NCBI GenBank assembly: GCA_043228905.1
Contig: JBHGNT010000003.1
Span: 5,952,001-6,016,000, forward strand
Reading direction: 5' to 3'
Origin: Azolla caroliniana
Lineage: Eukaryota > Plantae > Polypodiophyta
Length of the DNA stretch: 64,000 nucleotides
Under the pieces are notes generated by a model. That model was not told where the DNA came from, ran no database searches, and saw only the letters and a program-made list of their open reading frames with translations. The position numbers and the translations under genes were made by a program. Positions 61,384-64,000 of this stretch are shown here, piece after piece (the first letter of the stretch is position 1; the number at the start of each line of letters is the position of its first letter).

Positions 61384-63385
61384 TATGTATGCATAAAACA
61401 GATTTATACAGTACAGTAATATTAATTGACAAACATCCAAAAACAGTTTTCTCTTATGTTACCTTGTACACCTTGCAAGCATAGGATTATAAATGAGTGT
61501 GTATGTGTTACAAGGCTGAATTCATTCTCTTATATGTATTGTGTGTGTTACCATCAACTACACAGTCTCTAAAAATTGTTGGTCCTGAAGAGCTTTCTCA
61601 GGATTGGCAAGGTCTAATTATATGTTTCATGGTTGGAGTTGTTATATATACATCTTAACAAGGGGGGATTAGCACATGTCATATCTATGACTTGTAACAA
61701 GAGAACATTAAAATCTGAAGGATTCTGGAGCTGATTTGAGGCTCAGAGAATCATCCACGTCTTGTAACCACATGGTGGAGTAGAAAGTAACTGATATGCC
61801 CATCTAAGACAGACAAAGAGTCCAGGTTTGCATGCCTAAATTTGCTGTGGTTTTGACCAGGAAAACTTTGATGAAAGAATATAAAGGTGATTAAGGCTTG
61901 GAGAAACATGCATATGGAGAAGGTGGGGCTTCACTATTATTCAGGGAAACATATAAAGGAGAGTTTAAACTGTAGAAGTGGGCTGTTACAAATGGGCAAT
62001 GTAGGTAACAAGCAGGAGACTTCATAGAGCTACGTAGTCTGGTTGGTGTATTTCTGACAGTGCCAATTAGAAAGGCAGCAAATGGTTGCAATAATTAAGA
62101 GAAAGCAAAGAGATGCAGAAGATCATAACTGATTTGAAAAGTGGTGGGACTTAACAATCACAATACATCTTCTGTTTGTGTACGATATTGGTGAGAACAT
62201 GGTGTTTTTCCATCAATTCATATTGCATATATGGAAAAATGCTTTTTGAGCAGACATTCAGTTTTCTAATGTGGCGAAAGTCAAAAGCTAATGAGCAGAG
62301 AGGAATATTAAAGAGGGTACAAAGCCGTGGTTCCACAGTTTCGGTTTGATTCAAACCGAATTGTTGCTGATTGCTAGTTTTACCCTTACCTACATGCATT
62401 AGAAAATAACGCAGCACATGTATTCTAGCAATGAACATTTGTGTCCCTGATGCCACCTCCAACTCATCTCATATGATCCTACTTAAAGGCAAAACCACTT
62501 AATTATCTCAATGCATAAGATGCATATCATTGGTGAGCATATTTCAGTGTGACAAAACTACAACACAAACATTAACAATAACCTGGAATGGTCAATTAAT
62601 CTTGCAAATGTTGTCATCCTAGAGTTTTACGAGTACAACACCATCTTAGATCATATGGGCATCTCTCTTGAAGAAGCTTGATCTAGAACAAGATGTGCAA
62701 CTGCTTCAGTGACACCTTGAAGGTTCCAAATCAAAACAACATTAAATCTTTTAGTTTAGCTTACAAGTTTATTCAAGGGATAAAGAGTCACAACTTTCCA
62801 AGCTCTAACAAGTAAAGACTATTATTCTCAAGTTACTATGTAACTCCAATGCATGGTGGCTACGTCGAACAAATGTATACTTTAAGCTCTTAGAACCATG
62901 TCATATGCTAAGTATTCTACCAGTATTAATATTTTCTTATAAATAAATAGAATATGCATTTTACAGATAAAATATGTTAAATACACTTAGAATTCGCGTA
63001 CAACACTTTAAAAATGTAGAATACATGCTTTTTTGAAGTGTTAAATACTTGTTAAATACATAAAATACCTAAAATACATCAAATTCTTAGAATACGTGAA
63101 AAATTGAAAAATAGTAGTTCTAAAACATAATATGTGTAGAATATTTCGGCGTCTGAAATGTAGAATACACGTTTTTGAAGAACTATGCTGGTATACCAGT
63201 TCACATTTGAGACAGAAGGTCGCATGTGTATATTACTGAAGCCTTCTTAACCTATGATTACATTTGTATGGTGTCAGCATGAAAAGCAATTCTTTAATGT
63301 TTTACATTTTGTGTCAGTTCTTAATTTACCATGGAAACAGCTAGAATTTCTTTTTGGTTTAATCATAGTGTACTCACTTTCTCAC

Positions 63386-64000
63386 TCATCGTGATAGGGA
63401 GATGGAGACCATATGCTCTCTTAATTTATGGAAGAAATAGAGAAGCAGCCTTCTATCATCAAGTTTCGATATCCGGAGTCCTTGGCTTTTAGGATATCGA
63501 TACACGATGAGATCATTGGAAGGTTTCTTGTTAGCAAGAATCTCTTTTAAATAATCTTCCTTGATATCTATCCTACAAAAGAAGAACTCCTCACCTAAAA
63601 CCTTCAATCCATATAGCGTCTGTGACTTAAGCTCACCTTTTGCCTCCACAATGTTAGCTTGGCATGCAGCAATCAGAGAGGCAGCTAGTTGAACATCACC
63701 CTTCTTGTACCTTGTATCAAATTTGTGAAACCCTTCTTGAAGAATCCACACAATACCATCCACATTTCGACCTTCCCTATTTGATAAAAGGGTGTAGTTT
63801 CTGCCATCAACTCGCAAGGGCAGCTTTGAGGCCCGAGTGTAGACATTCAAACCATTATTTAGATGACATTCTTGGATAAGACAGTCCACAAGATCATGTA
63901 GATACATGTCATATTTGCTTGAAGAATCGAGACGGTTGAGTAATACATCTTGCATTCGCTGAGCAAATAGTCTCTGTGGAGCAGAAAGGGATGGATGGTC
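63386..64000 (-). CDS. Hypothetical protein, 5' end beyond window; resembles PD-(D/E)xK-fold proteins of fungi
   Basis: Frame open from the window edge (DHPSLSAPQRLFAQRMQDV..) to the stop at 63386; motif WILQEGFH..KKGDVQLAASLIAACQAN..LYGLKVLGEEFFF. Family call is recalled, not searched. Confidence 0.55.
   Translation of the reverse strand, partial: DHPSLSAPQRLFAQRMQDVLLNRLDSSSKYDMYLHDLVDCLIQECHLNNGLNVYTRASKLPLRVDGRNYTLLSNREGRNVDGIVWILQEGFHKFDTRYKKGDVQLAASLIAACQANIVEAKGELKSQTLYGLKVLGEEFFFCRIDIKEDYLKEILANKKPSNDLIVYRYPKSQGLRISKLDDRRLLLYFFHKLREHMVSISLSR

Overview
Eukaryotic DNA from a non-seed land plant (bryophyte, lycophyte or fern; species cannot be fixed from sequence). Bases 1-~44,000 are a nest of LTR retrotransposons. 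(A) A decayed non-chromoviral Ty3/gypsy element (5' LTR outside the window, 3' LTR 13145-13713) with a second retropepsin domain after integrase and a ~4 kb extra ORF before the PPT. (B) A ParB/Srx-like pseudogene fragment. (C) An extra-ORF remnant interrupted by a complete tRNA-Trp-primed gypsy element (15285-22407, 4-bp TSD ACGC) and by a 1.67 kb non-coding, apparently self-priming LTR element (23780-25450). (D) A deleted copia, an intact copia with apparently identical LTRs but no TSD (29188-34623), a second inverted Trp-primed gypsy (34909-41220), and older gypsy/chromovirus debris. Bases ~44,900-64,000 are genic: a 21-exon THO1/HPR1 gene, a 13-exon gene for a bacterial-type twin-retropepsin protein with up to three GC-AG introns, and the 3' part of an ORF resembling fungal PD-(D/E)xK-fold proteins. 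The best leads are the PR-RT-RH-IN-PR element, the ACGC-flanked Trp-primed family with a candidate -1 frameshift, and the self-priming hairpin-array mini-element. All calls are by eye from motifs; no searches were run.
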